Assembly: GCA_905178155.1 (NCBI GenBank)
Contig: CAJINV010000001.1
Coordinates: 357,643-421,642 of the forward strand
Source: Amoebophrya sp. A120
Lineage: Eukaryota; Protista; Dinoflagellata
DNA length: 64,000 bases
Direction: 5' to 3'
The notes below the pieces were generated by a model. The model saw nothing but the letters and a program-made list of their open reading frames with translations, was not told the DNA's origin and did no database searches. This document shows positions 34,401 through 43,640 of the stretch, one piece after another (positions within the stretch are counted from its first letter, which is position 1; each line of letters begins with the position of its first letter). The position numbers and the translations under genes were made by a program.

Positions 34401-37400
34401 AGCTGCACGGGCTGGACTACCGGCGCAGTCAGCTGCGGTGGAGTCATCTGCTTGTTCGTCGGCATCACCTTCGTGTCCAATCGCTCCACGACAACTGGTG
34501 GCTGGGATGTCTGCTTCTTGGGTTGTGATGAAGATGCTTTTGCTCGTGGTTCTTGTTCCTCGTCTCCCACCTCAGAGGCGATGAGCGAAGCCGTCGCGAC
34601 AGGTTCCTCGAACCCGGATTCTAGCGTCGTGAGCGAAGACGTGGGAGCGGCGGCAGCGGCGGCCGACTGCGGCTCTACGTTGATCGAGAAGGAAGATCTT
34701 TCTTGCTTTGAAGATGACCTCTTGTTTTCCTCGTTTCTCGTATTCACTGGCGCCGGCGAGGGGGCCCGCGGAGTGGACAGAAACTGGCGCATCATATGCG
34801 CCTGTGGCGACAGAACTTTCAGATCTACCTTTTCTTGCTCGGCAAGGCTGCTCTCCACGCCGACCACCCCGGTGATTCGCGCAGTATCAAGAACCCCGGC
34901 ACGACGTAATGTAGTTTCTCCTCGCCCACTCTGGTGGTCCCGTGTCACTTTTAACACCGATGGAGTTGTAAGTCCGGGGAAAGCGTAGGAAGGTTTCTCA
35001 ACAGCAGCTGAGGACATGTTGCTCGTCCTGGCCATCGCAGAAGTCGTGGTCAGAGAAGCTACAACCGGTGGTTGCAGCGACAATGCTCTTCCACTGTTCC
35101 GGGTGTCGTTGATGTTGACACCCGGCAATGACAAAGTGATCCGTGGCGACCAGACTTCCGTCGCCCGCAATGTGGTGTCGCGACTTGGGGTGATTGCGCG
35201 CGGCGGGGTCGCTAGCCCAAGGTTGATCCGCGCCTTCGACTTGTGCTCTTCAATGATACTGATGATCTCCTGCTTTCGTTGCGAAAACTTGTTCCCTGAC
35301 TTCTTTTGCGCCGCTCGGAGAAACTCCTCTCTTGGCGGAGGATCTAGCTGCGTAGAGGCTCCGGACACCGAAAAAGTAGCGCTGTTCTTTGAGGCAGAAC
35401 TCATATTTGTTCGCTCGCTGACTTTAGTGCCAGTTGCAACTCGCGACGCGCGGGTTGAAAGCAATCGGCCCATCGTCGCCGGCTGCTGAAGTTTTCTTTC
35501 GAAATCCGGTGCGATTTTGAGCAGCTGTGGAGACACTAAAGGCTTTTTCGGGGGCATGGTTTGAGAACGGAACCTGCTGTCTGGCACGGCGTCGTTCACA
35601 CCTGGCCGCTCTTCAGAACTACTGCTGTCGGTAACGACAAGCGACTTCTTGAACAGCTGCGCAGGGACGAAGGGCTTCTTTTCAGACGGCCGTTGTTCTG
35701 GCGACGATCTCTTCCTTACACTGCTATCTCTCTGTTGCTTCTCCGACGCGGGTCGTTCTTCGGCACTGCTGTTGCCAGAAGTAGAGGACTGAGGCTTCTT
35801 GAAGACGAATTGCGACGCCGCGAAAGACTTCTTCGGTGGGGGCTGAGATTTCGATTTGGTGCTGCGATTCTCCTGCCTTGCAACTACTTGTTCGACCGGT
35901 TCCATGTCGGAGCTGCTGTCAGAGCCTACAACTTGTGATTTATTCTTGAGGAACTTCTGTGCCGTACTAGTTGCAGCTACTGGCTTTGTCGCGCGCGATG
36001 GGGATGATCTTGCGCTGCTGCTTGCGGGTCTTGTTCCTGCAACCACCACCTCCTCAGAGCTGCTGTCGGTCGAGGGAGCCTGCCTTGCGGGTTTTTGTTT
36101 CGGCTTCTCTGCTTTCCGCTCCACAGAGTCCTCCAATAACAACGTGCTTCTGTCGTCCTTTTTACTCGTGCGTCTGGGCTGCTGTATTAAACTCGCGGGA
36201 GAGGCGAATCTGCTGGCCGGGAGGTTCATCTTGGCGAGAACTTCCGCAACCATGTTATCGGAAGAAGAAGAGGAAACTTCATGATCCTTTTCGATCGGTG
36301 TGACGAAGGGGATGCGTTCCTCGGCTTGCTTTCTGTTGCTAGTAGTGTCTTCTGTCGCCGTACTTCCTTTCGGCTTCGTTGCAGTTGGCACAAATCCGCT
36401 ACGGTAAATCTGGGCTCTCTCCTTCTCCGCGTCTCGCTGCGCCCGGGCGTAATCGATAGACTGCACCTGCAGGGAAGGAGCACGGAGCCCATGAGCATCT
36501 TCTGATGTTGAAGATGAAGATTCACTTTCATCAATCGCGCGTGCCCCCGGCCGCACTTGCTGCAAAAACTGCTTAGCGCGCGGGAAGTCGCTATCGGAGG
36601 CGGGCATGATCGTCGGTTTCTTCTCTATCGGCTTGTTTGCAACTTCGCTCTTCGGAACGTCAGAACCGCGTGAAGATTTTAATGATTCTTGGCCAATGGA
36701 CGCACCTGCAACATCAAGCGAAGCAGTCGCATCTCCTCGCAGCGAGTATCTCGCTGTCGTCTGAAGCCGGCGCGGCGTTGTGACGTTATTGTTCTCTATC
36801 GGAGCAGGTGCGGTCGTGTCTCGCTCCTGCGAGCTTCCACTCCGCAATTTTGGAACTCTCAGTGAAGCAGCAGCGCCGCGTTCCTGATACACCGTTTGTT
36901 CTATTTGCGGCGAAGTAGTTTTTGCAGAATCCAGAGCCGGCGCTTTCTGCTGGTCTTTGTTCCCATTGCCAACAGTTGTACCCGGACGGCGCATGTCGGG
37001 CGGAGACGGCGGCGCGGACGCGGTGAAGAAGTCCCGGACTCCAGACTGCTTCTTCCCCGTATCAGTCACCACGCCTGTTGGCGGTGGCGGACTTGTTCCC
37101 CTGTCTTTGAATTGTGATGTGCTCTGGAGGCGGTGACTTGAGGTAAATCTGTCTTCCTCCGTAACACTCGTGACCACGACGAGGGCAGGTGACATAGGAT
37201 CCTGCTTCGCCACGGCACTGGTTTGCCTACTGACACTGGCGGACGGCGTTGGTCTCCCTGAAGATGCCGGTTGCTGTACGGGTAAACTGGTCGAGGGGAA
37301 CAAAGCCGCGCCCGAGGATTTTTTCGTCTCTGGCTTCACCACTTCATCTTCCGCAGCTGACGTGTCTGTATCTTCGATGGTGGCACCAGGACCTCGCAGG

Positions 37401-40400
37401 TCGCGCAAAAACTCCTGTGCGCGGCTGTATTTTTTCTCCGGCTTGTTTGACAATGCTGATAGAGCTCCTACGGGTGCGTCAACATACTCCTGTCGTCCAG
37501 CCGCGGGTGGGGAAGACGAACTTAAGACCTTGGTGATTGGTTCTTTTCTCATCTGCATCTCCCCCAATGCCGATCCTGCAGTGGAGGTCGCACTCGCGGC
37601 TAGTACCCGCGTTGGGTCGCGGCGCTGTGCGCCGAAAAATGCGTCCTCGCTCGAAACACCTTTTGGAAGAGCCGTACTGGGTTGCGAGTCTGTCAATCTG
37701 CCGTCTGTGCTACGCAGAACGCGCGGACTGCTTGCGCCGAGCGCTAGAGAGCCTGTAATCATGTCCTGCTCGGATGCTTGCTTTCTTGAGGCGGAAGCTG
37801 CAAGAACGGAAGCAGCCTTGGTGGGCTGCTGAGGTGGGGATAGTGGCACGACCTTCATCTGTTTTGTCAATGTCGAATCGGAGGCTACCTTCTCAACGGG
37901 TTCTTGTGCCCCCGCCTGCGCTCGGACAAAGGACTGCCGCTCCTGCGCCAGCGTCGGACTCGGAGTGAACATAGAAGGAACCTTGTATTCGAGGTTAATA
38001 CCCGCAGAAGTTTCTCTGGCGGCCCCAAAAGCGGCCCGCTGGTCTTCAACTTCTGCCGCCGCTGCGAAGCTCGAAGAGAGATCGGTATTCATGCCGGAGG
38101 TGCGGCTGGCACGCGCCGGAAGGGCTGCCGCAGAAGAAGTACTCTTCAATCTATTCGGTTTCTCTCCATACACTGGAACCCTTTCTTCCTCGTAGTCCAT
38201 GATGATAGTCTCGTGCGTCCCACTGATTCCGTCCTTGTTGCCGCCTTTTGCCAGCTGTTGCAGCCATGTAGACCGACCGTCGAGAGTTTTACGATCCATC
38301 CGCTGGCCACCCGGCGCGATTGAAATGTCCGTCTGGACAGCAATGTGCGCCGCAACGGCAAAATTATTTCTGCTGTCTGCTGACGAGGCATGATCTTCTA
38401 CACCGCTGACACGCATCATGCGCGTGGACGATGAGCCCAAACCCCGGAGCGATTTTTCGGCGGCGGAGTCCCGCACAGCAGCTTCAGCAAGCTTTTTCGT
38501 GAGTGTCTCGAGCGTGGCCTCTTTCGACACCGCCGCCCGGATGTCGTCCAAGTTCGGCACCTGTGTATGCGTGATGGACAGACGAAAACGCGAGGGCTCT
38601 TCCTCTGCAGCGGCCTCTATCCGCTTTTTCGTCACAGCAAGCGCGGACTTAGTCTTCTCGCCGGGTTGTACCAGTGCAGTCCCCCGGGTCTGCATCGGGG
38701 GACTAAGTTTTCGCACTTCGAACCGGGCATCGTCCGTTTCCGCGTGCCGCAGCACCGCACCCGGCAAAAAGCCGACTGGGCGCGCAGAGGGTGTGTAGGG
38801 AGCAAAGGTGGATGCCGCGGGCGTCGGCTTACTGGTGTTTGGCGAGCTGGTACTGCAGTCCTCGGGAGAGCTGATTGTTCCCGCCTGTAGTTCCCCGACA
38901 AGAAGCTGGGGGGCAGCGAACCCGTGGTCCAACACGACCTGACGAGGGGTCCCGATCGGCGAGGCACTGAACAGAAAAGACGCGGAGAGTGGCTGGTGCT
39001 CTGGTCCGGCGGGGATTAGTTGGGCCCCTGGAGCAGAAGCAAGAACAGCTGAAGGCTGATCAGACGTAGCTACAGTTTCATCCTGCCGCGTTTCATCCTC
39101 CTGCCGCTTTTCATCCACAACTTCTTCAACTGGCCGCTGGACGAGGGCTTCTTGCTGCAGATCCTCTGTCTTACCGCCTTTCGGAATAAACGCTGCTGCT
39201 GCAATATTCGCGGTTTGATGTTGTTCCACGCTGCCCTCCTGCTGATCACCCAGATCAGGCTTTATTTTACCGGCCACATCACTCGAAAACGGAAGAACCC
39301 CTACTGGCACAGCTTCGCCCACAACATTCGTTGGTGGCAGGCGCGTGGGCCTCGGCGCCGGGCTCCGCGAGGTCCGCGTTGTGTAGCAGCGTGCGGTGGG
39401 CAACTGTCGGCTCATCGCGTAGCCTGGATGCAGGACGCTCCGGTAACTCAAGTCCTCATCCTCCGTGTTCGCCGAGTAATTGTTCGGAATCAGTGTCACC
39501 GTGTTGGCCTTCGAACTCATGCGGCCGTAGGCCTCCGCTTGCAGGTCCTTTGTGGACAACCGGGGTGGCGACACCGCCGGCGCCCGAATCCAGGGTGGCG
39601 TGAGGCCCTTGGAACGCGCACGACTTTCACTATCGGAGAGATGATCGTTACTGTTCCTCTCGTCCGCGGGAGCACTGTTGAGGAGGACGTCTCCGAAAAA
39701 GCTGGGCGGGTGGGCCGGTCGCACGGAGACTCTCTGCAAATCTAGGTCCTGCGAAAGCATCAATGGGGCTTCTATGGCGTCGATGGGACGGAGCTCGGAT
39801 CGGGAATTTGTTGGTTTCTCGACCCGCGTCCGTGACGTGCAAATATGCGACGTCGCGACGTCCCGCACTGTCGGTTTTAAGTGAAGAGACTCTCCGCCAA
39901 CCTTTTTCCAGCTGTAGTAGTTATACCTGGGCGGGGAAAGGGATTTCGACTTTGATGTGAGGGTCTCGGATTCTACTCCTGCGCTAGTATCCTTTTGTTG
40001 TTGTTCCTTATCATCGAACGGAATAATTGCATCCCGGTAGCTATGTTTGCTGCGAAACATCCCCGGCATGCTCACATTGCGCGCGCCGGTCGGGCCGCCG
40101 GGAAAGAACTCCGTCGAGGAGGTCCTTTGCCAGCTCTCGGTCTGCGCGAGAAATCTCTCGCGCGGCGAGGGCGACTGAAGCTGGAATTGCAACCTCTGCA
40201 GCTTGTGCGCTTCGTCTACCTCCGCGGGGGGAAACTGCAGACCGTAGTTTTTCACCAATCGTGCGGTAGCTTCCCACTCCGGGTGCTTTTTCCGCTGCGC
40301 TTTCCAAAATTGCTCTGGGTTATTTTTCACAGACTCTTCGGACGAGGAAGCGGCGGCCGCAGCAGCAGCGTCGTTGGCGGCGTTCGATGTCATGCCAAGA

Positions 40401-40756
40401 CCGATAAGCGAGCGCAGCCAGTCCATGGCGCCACCCGGACACGGCTCGTCTCGGCTGTTCTCTCTATTGTCCGCTTGCGATTGCGAATGATCATCTGCAT
40501 GTTGATCGGATGGTGCTGTAGTTCCGGTGCAATCATAAACATTTGGATTTGTTCCATCACCTCTGTAGTAGAGTTGGTCATATGTCGTTCCCGCGGTATT
40601 CAATTCCTCGAATTGGTTAGTAGAATAGGGACCACTTTCTGGATATGGGCGCTCCCACTGCCAATGAGTCTCGCAAACTTCCTTGTCTTGTTCCGAATCC
40701 TCTTCATATCCGGGCCCGGGGGGGTCATTCGAGAATAAACCGTTCCAGAGCTTCAT
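28427..40756 (-). CDS. Giant (4109 aa) S/T/P/R-rich intrinsically disordered protein, uninterrupted ORF
   Basis: 12.3-kb stop-free ORF from ATG 40756. Low complexity with coiled-coil and acidic patches. Confidence 0.85.
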   Translation of the reverse strand: MKLWNGLFSNDPPGPGYEEDSEQDKEVCETHWQWERPYPESGPYSTNQFEELNTAGTTYDQLYYRGDGTNPNVYDCTGTTAPSDQHADDHSQSQADNRENSRDEPCPGGAMDWLRSLIGLGMTSNAANDAAAAAAASSSEESVKNNPEQFWKAQRKKHPEWEATARLVKNYGLQFPPAEVDEAHKLQRLQFQLQSPSPRERFLAQTESWQRTSSTEFFPGGPTGARNVSMPGMFRSKHSYRDAIIPFDDKEQQQKDTSAGVESETLTSKSKSLSPPRYNYYSWKKVGGESLHLKPTVRDVATSHICTSRTRVEKPTNSRSELRPIDAIEAPLMLSQDLDLQRVSVRPAHPPSFFGDVLLNSAPADERNSNDHLSDSESRARSKGLTPPWIRAPAVSPPRLSTKDLQAEAYGRMSSKANTVTLIPNNYSANTEDEDLSYRSVLHPGYAMSRQLPTARCYTTRTSRSPAPRPTRLPPTNVVGEAVPVGVLPFSSDVAGKIKPDLGDQQEGSVEQHQTANIAAAAFIPKGGKTEDLQQEALVQRPVEEVVDEKRQEDETRQDETVATSDQPSAVLASAPGAQLIPAGPEHQPLSASFLFSASPIGTPRQVVLDHGFAAPQLLVGELQAGTISSPEDCSTSSPNTSKPTPAASTFAPYTPSARPVGFLPGAVLRHAETDDARFEVRKLSPPMQTRGTALVQPGEKTKSALAVTKKRIEAAAEEEPSRFRLSITHTQVPNLDDIRAAVSKEATLETLTKKLAEAAVRDSAAEKSLRGLGSSSTRMMRVSGVEDHASSADSRNNFAVAAHIAVQTDISIAPGGQRMDRKTLDGRSTWLQQLAKGGNKDGISGTHETIIMDYEEERVPVYGEKPNRLKSTSSAAALPARASRTSGMNTDLSSSFAAAAEVEDQRAAFGAARETSAGINLEYKVPSMFTPSPTLAQERQSFVRAQAGAQEPVEKVASDSTLTKQMKVVPLSPPQQPTKAASVLAASASRKQASEQDMITGSLALGASSPRVLRSTDGRLTDSQPSTALPKGVSSEDAFFGAQRRDPTRVLAASATSTAGSALGEMQMRKEPITKVLSSSSPPAAGRQEYVDAPVGALSALSNKPEKKYSRAQEFLRDLRGPGATIEDTDTSAAEDEVVKPETKKSSGAALFPSTSLPVQQPASSGRPTPSASVSRQTSAVAKQDPMSPALVVVTSVTEEDRFTSSHRLQSTSQFKDRGTSPPPPTGVVTDTGKKQSGVRDFFTASAPPSPPDMRRPGTTVGNGNKDQQKAPALDSAKTTSPQIEQTVYQERGAAASLRVPKLRSGSSQERDTTAPAPIENNNVTTPRRLQTTARYSLRGDATASLDVAGASIGQESLKSSRGSDVPKSEVANKPIEKKPTIMPASDSDFPRAKQFLQQVRPGARAIDESESSSSTSEDAHGLRAPSLQVQSIDYARAQRDAEKERAQIYRSGFVPTATKPKGSTATEDTTSNRKQAEERIPFVTPIEKDHEVSSSSSDNMVAEVLAKMNLPASRFASPASLIQQPRRTSKKDDRSTLLLEDSVERKAEKPKQKPARQAPSTDSSSEEVVVAGTRPASSSARSSPSRATKPVAATSTAQKFLKNKSQVVGSDSSSDMEPVEQVVARQENRSTKSKSQPPPKKSFAASQFVFKKPQSSTSGNSSAEERPASEKQQRDSSVRKRSSPEQRPSEKKPFVPAQLFKKSLVVTDSSSSEERPGVNDAVPDSRFRSQTMPPKKPLVSPQLLKIAPDFERKLQQPATMGRLLSTRASRVATGTKVSERTNMSSASKNSATFSVSGASTQLDPPPREEFLRAAQKKSGNKFSQRKQEIISIIEEHKSKARINLGLATPPRAITPSRDTTLRATEVWSPRITLSLPGVNINDTRNSGRALSLQPPVVASLTTTSAMARTSNMSSAAVEKPSYAFPGLTTPSVLKVTRDHQSGRGETTLRRAGVLDTARITGVVGVESSLAEQEKVDLKVLSPQAHMMRQFLSTPRAPSPAPVNTRNEENKRSSSKQERSSFSINVEPQSAAAAAAPTSSLTTLESGFEEPVATASLIASEVGDEEQEPRAKASSSQPKKQTSQPPVVVERLDTKVMPTNKQMTPPQLTAPVVQPVQLPSSRDKNVGGGTSSDDVASASGSSDTSRFEMETKIGETTANKQARAEAGKDKRSGVSTQQQPSTLSYHKWVQQQGIKPLSTNLLQMGTATPISTRTVSTPRSTNVDVAASRRVASLDPVDPIGELPREHTTMVKDVATDLQERKKKSTTSTPDREQDSYSKSTPQRVLAPPSVRTTSAKGGMRTASRSVTPPAVVTTPPGSVTPLKSTPRKASKKRAALSDVLQQVDAQLREDEQKEKRSGSWKRTLRGKSSSSSVVKSSPSPRRATGESHENKVSTAVFPRKKKKSFRPSSKKKTIRGKGRAGASRGDTSTRPLATSRSPSVRVSSPETRNKDHIRSELRELSAQERLLTHTASSRKRDRSAHSENSEVSMVSGIRLPSSPDRSRSATPRGRRGVTSRSLTPATSKRASLSPVVRVRSRGAANEEEDLTADLRLVRPPGAPGGAAAMIPPSRQIFSSARTTSRQTAAPRTATSTTRGRSRRTPAVVDFRVEEVEAAAAGGEQRPSLKRKSKLRAASRSPARSLPIQSPVDLGTERYPLRQLLGTTQASTGKMNLEDVDFDTTSIEVDSSIQQEPPSVTTPQLSPRLMELSMPKQVAGAGATKSPLSSPGRSPKIKPAFGSNKPTSAQTRQQKASKYYARVARTPEAVKNHKERNTEFNAEDDSGLYSKPSVKVVRNLSAPPLRAASSSQRMGHQSEQPLYPVSVRSRDDAASGSVTTSPGGSVTASQSRRPASAQARSRGGEEQQRVVIQPMDVVPDHVVVKQRTMTDTMYRETAPAGPISILRRKTSRGSSEETTDRTKRSNTTTRGGTSQADVERSRPSRSSYEDLRDSKDTTSSSEIDLRRPPSKKTSSSKTSRGGTASIERTVRIGGSEEQILTPRGSSLTRPGRSSSPGNKRRGEEQTAVGRVARSSTPRGRSTAAPSQTLQGDVYVDTSSKASRNVSRFPAPVEERMDITSASRGSGSSEKRGTGADLEGRPGTTTTPQTSKKSTTTLLDEPADTTTRMNAATTDVVERQAPVSGTRRSSSKSKDSIGASQDSAPPVDDKGQQPPKKSSSSKKASMSTSTTEALVLDPAEEATLTIPQKVERLKSLAEERARRKTLEEEQRRQSQEKQELAAALKGSAESRVGDAEKLARVSDKMVGAGNQNIFADINDRLSAASTSGSSGSTTPTSAQQPASSEPSPPPFSEVVRKSRQAAAAAHSQKPNRPPGLQQVVEKPAPTKTPARPSNVSASSNTPARRPLTKDEMYEQLMRKWQSQRTNKTVAVVDTGNLDDVAREDQDEQRPEELQLGIFDDPQNTDFDLVFSTQTRQTQSSEERKTAISTKTLEQPSPDKNSYDVVTNGEDFLQQLPAEEQPAEQQYTPSVAAPEAATSTSALQRVLQDPAMRRFSQLMQAIEEAEESGNLADAEALLPLLEEAQNQIAQKILDSDDIVEENRESVKQAVRSSAVELNQLLFDAQSLEENLRKFNSTTLEVEPFRGSLDDLGARAALLQDEVEGLAQRVDGGGRRSGLVEEELLLPSSSSTTRSSAAMATPINQVEEKPAAKPKAKVMFQSAGKITSRGSIFKRTATQKRMQLIGDRTGTLADGLQEALKRRTTRVGKSEFRMTERGEKVMEEGEVVPTRSYAAGMSGASSASSGGAEQTSTTSPSFLYYNSTTSESSSSDDEDYYPSTFDDEEEQDGYNSVFTCRSSRQGSGYCTALEVEDEERNDVAEPVSLSSDIGAAHSSHSKYRYTLNILCENEHQQGVSSELASSSSSASSSFDDELGSLVPQFGVFSMDTSVDDEDERGSTGTVEQEALNHLEDSLVFSFSPMEDADCGAACSVLQQRQEVEEGDTATARDEEQEAQLVQQKKQPFLFSETSATEILTNIPGGGGRRSPPTSIATTEPVPVPRGGPLPAREPETRTPSTQHTNLPPDSAQQPRKSLGEMLTEVNGLHAFYELPQSQRWSMVQAHLQTTPKAASLVTLLHKKDIAAGRGNKRMSTLSL

Positions 40757-41967
40757 CTTCCGCTGCTAGTGAGTTGTTGTTGGGATTCTGATGGAATATA
40801 GCGCTGGCTTAGGTCAACAAGCAAAATGGGGGACAATTACGCTTAGGTTACTTACTTGCTTAGGCAGGATATTACAATTACATTCAATCAGAGACAGAGT
40901 GTCAGAAGATCAAGATTTTGATTTAGATTTACAAATACTTCGGGTTCGTAAAATACAATTCAGCACAAGCTTCTTCGGTTCGTAAAATACAAATTTAGCA
41001 CTCAATTCGACCACAGATTCGATCTGCCGCACCAGGAAGGCGGCTCCTTTCGGAGTAAAATGACCATTCGCGGATATTTTTATGGGGGGGAACCAAAAGG
41101 GAAACGACGCACTGGGTCGAAGCAATACGATGCGGATGCCATCTGATAGATACTATCACGAGGAGCGCCAAAAGAGCGTAGAACTTCTACGTCTGCACAT
41201 TTAAAGCCATGAAGAAACGACGAGGCTTTGCACGATCACGAGAGGACGAAGTGAGAGAACAAAATGACACGGTGACTTTTCAAATTATGGAACGAAACCG
41301 ATTCCGAACGCAAAAAGCGATTGGTGCACTCACCTTGCTGACTTTATCTTGAAGAAGATGTAGATAGGAAGACGACGGACGAAATAAGCTGACGAGATGG
41401 CAGAGGACTTTATTGCTTCGCTGTCGTGACCAAGTACGATGTACATGAACGACGATCGCATACTAGAGAATTCTGCAATGGGACGGGTCAACCGAGAGCG
41501 AACAAAACAAGAACGGCGACTAGCACAAGTTGTGTTCACTGCACGAGGACACCTGCAGCTTGGCTTTCATGATTCTTGGCGAAACCGGGAGGAAAGAATG
41601 AGAACTATCTGAGAACGCCAGAACATCGGGATCGAGCTACACAAGTACAACTATTGGGTGCAGCATCAAATTAACATTAAGTCAATTCCTTTACAATTAC
41701 AAATCTGAAAGAATAGGATGTTACGTCAACGTCGCGTTGAAGATTTTGGTATGGCGATTGGATAATCCCTGTCGTTGGGTGCGAACTCTAAGTGGTCGGT
41801 GGAATGGGTATTAAACTAAGTATAACTCCTATTGCTGAGCAGGGGCAGTTAAAATTTTGCAACAGGGAGGAAAATCGTCCACGCCGAATATTTTTTTGAC
41901 AACTTTCATACTTTCCAAAGCTGTCGCGATTTGGGAAGTCGCCCAACGCCCAACGGCCAACGGCCAA

Positions 41968-42972
41968 AAATATTTTGCGGCTCGAAATAGAAATACTTTG
42001 CAGCTCGAAATATTTTCCAGCTCGCAAGATTTTCCAGCTCGAATATTTTCCAGCTCGGAATATTTCCCAGCTCGGAATATTTCCCAGCTCGAAATATTTC
42101 CCAGCTCGAAATGTTTGACAGCTCGAAATATTTCCCAGCTCGAAACATTTTCCAGCTCGAACTATTTTCCCGCTCGAACTATTTTCCAGCTCGAAAAATT
42201 TTCCAGCTCGAAAAATTTTCCAGCTCGAAATATTTCCCAGCTCGCAATATTTTCCCGCTCGAAATATTTTCCAGCTCGGAATATTTTCCAGCTCGAAATA
42301 TTTTCCGGCTCGAAATATTTGCCGGCTCGAAATATTTTCCAGCTCGAAATATTTGCCGGCTCGAAATATTTCCCAGCTCGAAATATTTCCCAGCTCGAAA
42401 TATTTTACAGCTCGAAATATTTCCCAGCTCGAAATATTTCCCAGCTCGAAATATTTTCAAGCTCGCAACATTTCCAGCTCGGAATATTTTCCGGCTCGCA
42501 ATATTTTCCAGCTCGCAATATTTTCCAGCTCGAAATATTTTCCGGCTCGAAATATTTTCCGGCTCGAAATATTTCTCAGCTCGAAACGTTTTCCAGCTCG
42601 AAATATTTTCCAGCTCGAAATATTTTCCAGCTCGAAATATTTTCCAGCTCGAAATATTTCCCAGCTCGAAATATTTTCCAGCTCGAAATATTTTCCAGCT
42701 CGAAATATTTCCCAGCTCGAAATATTTCCCAGCGCGAAATATTAATTTCCCAGCTCACAACATTTTACAGCTCGAAATATTTCCCGGCTCGAAACATTTC
42801 CCAGCTCGAAACATTTACCGGCTCGAACTATTTTCCAGCTCGAAATATTTCCCAGCGCGAAACATTTTCCGGCTCGAACTATTTCCCAGCTCGAAATATT
42901 TTCCAGCTCGAAAACTTTTTCAGCTCGAAAAATTTTCCAGCTCGAAATATTTCCCGGCTCGAAATATTTTTC
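41968..42972. repeat. 17-bp minisatellite (CAGCTCGAAATATTTTC), roughly 55-60 copies
   Basis: Direct reading. The 17-aa periodicity in all three plus-strand frames reflects the 17-bp unit. Confidence 0.97.
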
Positions 42973-43144
42973 GCAACGCAAAATATTCTGCAGGGTCGCT
43001 CGGATCTGCGCGATCGCGTGGCACCTCCTTACTGCAACCCCGAAGGAAAAAAAAACTTCAGCTGATCGCGCGTCCGAGGAGAGCAACGCGATCCACCAGG
43101 CAGCTGAAGACCGAAGGCGGCGAGCGCTGTACATGGATTGCCAC

Positions 43145-43640
43145 CTATCCTACTGGGAAATCTTTCCCCTGGGTAGCCAGAATTGCTGTGCTAAGCACAG
43201 CAATTCGGGGAATTTTTCCTCCCCGAGCCAGTACCTTCCCGCTATCCCAATACCCCCTCACTATCCTGATACCCTCCCAGTACCCTACTGGGACATCTTT
43301 CCCCTGGGTAGCCAGAATTGCTGCGCTAAACACTGCAACTCGGGGAAAACAAACAGAACTCTCCCACCCCGAACCCGTACGCTCCCACTATCCCAATATC
43401 CCCCCACTATCCTGATACCCTCCCAATACCCTACCGGGAAATCTTCCCCCTGGGTAGCCAGAATTGCTGTGCTAAACACAGCAACTCGGGGAAAACAAAC
43501 AAAATCCTTCCTCCCCGAAGCCGTGCTCTCCCATTATCCTGATGCCCCCTCATTATCCTGATACCCTTCCAGTCCCCTTATGGGAAATCTTTCCTCTGGG
43601 TAGCCAGCATTGCTGTGCTAAACACAGCAACTCGGGCAAA
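43145..43640. repeat. ~135-147-bp tandem repeat, ~3.5 copies, each with a TTGCTGTG..CACAGCAA-type hairpin
   Basis: GGGAAATCTTTCCCCTGGGTAGCCAGAATTGCTGTGCTAA recurs at ~43151, 43286, 43432 and 43579. Confidence 0.92.

Noticed and set aside
41857-43415. 402-aa and 434-aa repetitive ORFs
   Set aside because: Translations of the 17-bp satellite, with the same peptide in all three frames.
41968-43640. Possible CRISPR array
   Set aside because: Contiguous repeats without unique spacers, no cas genes, eukaryotic context.
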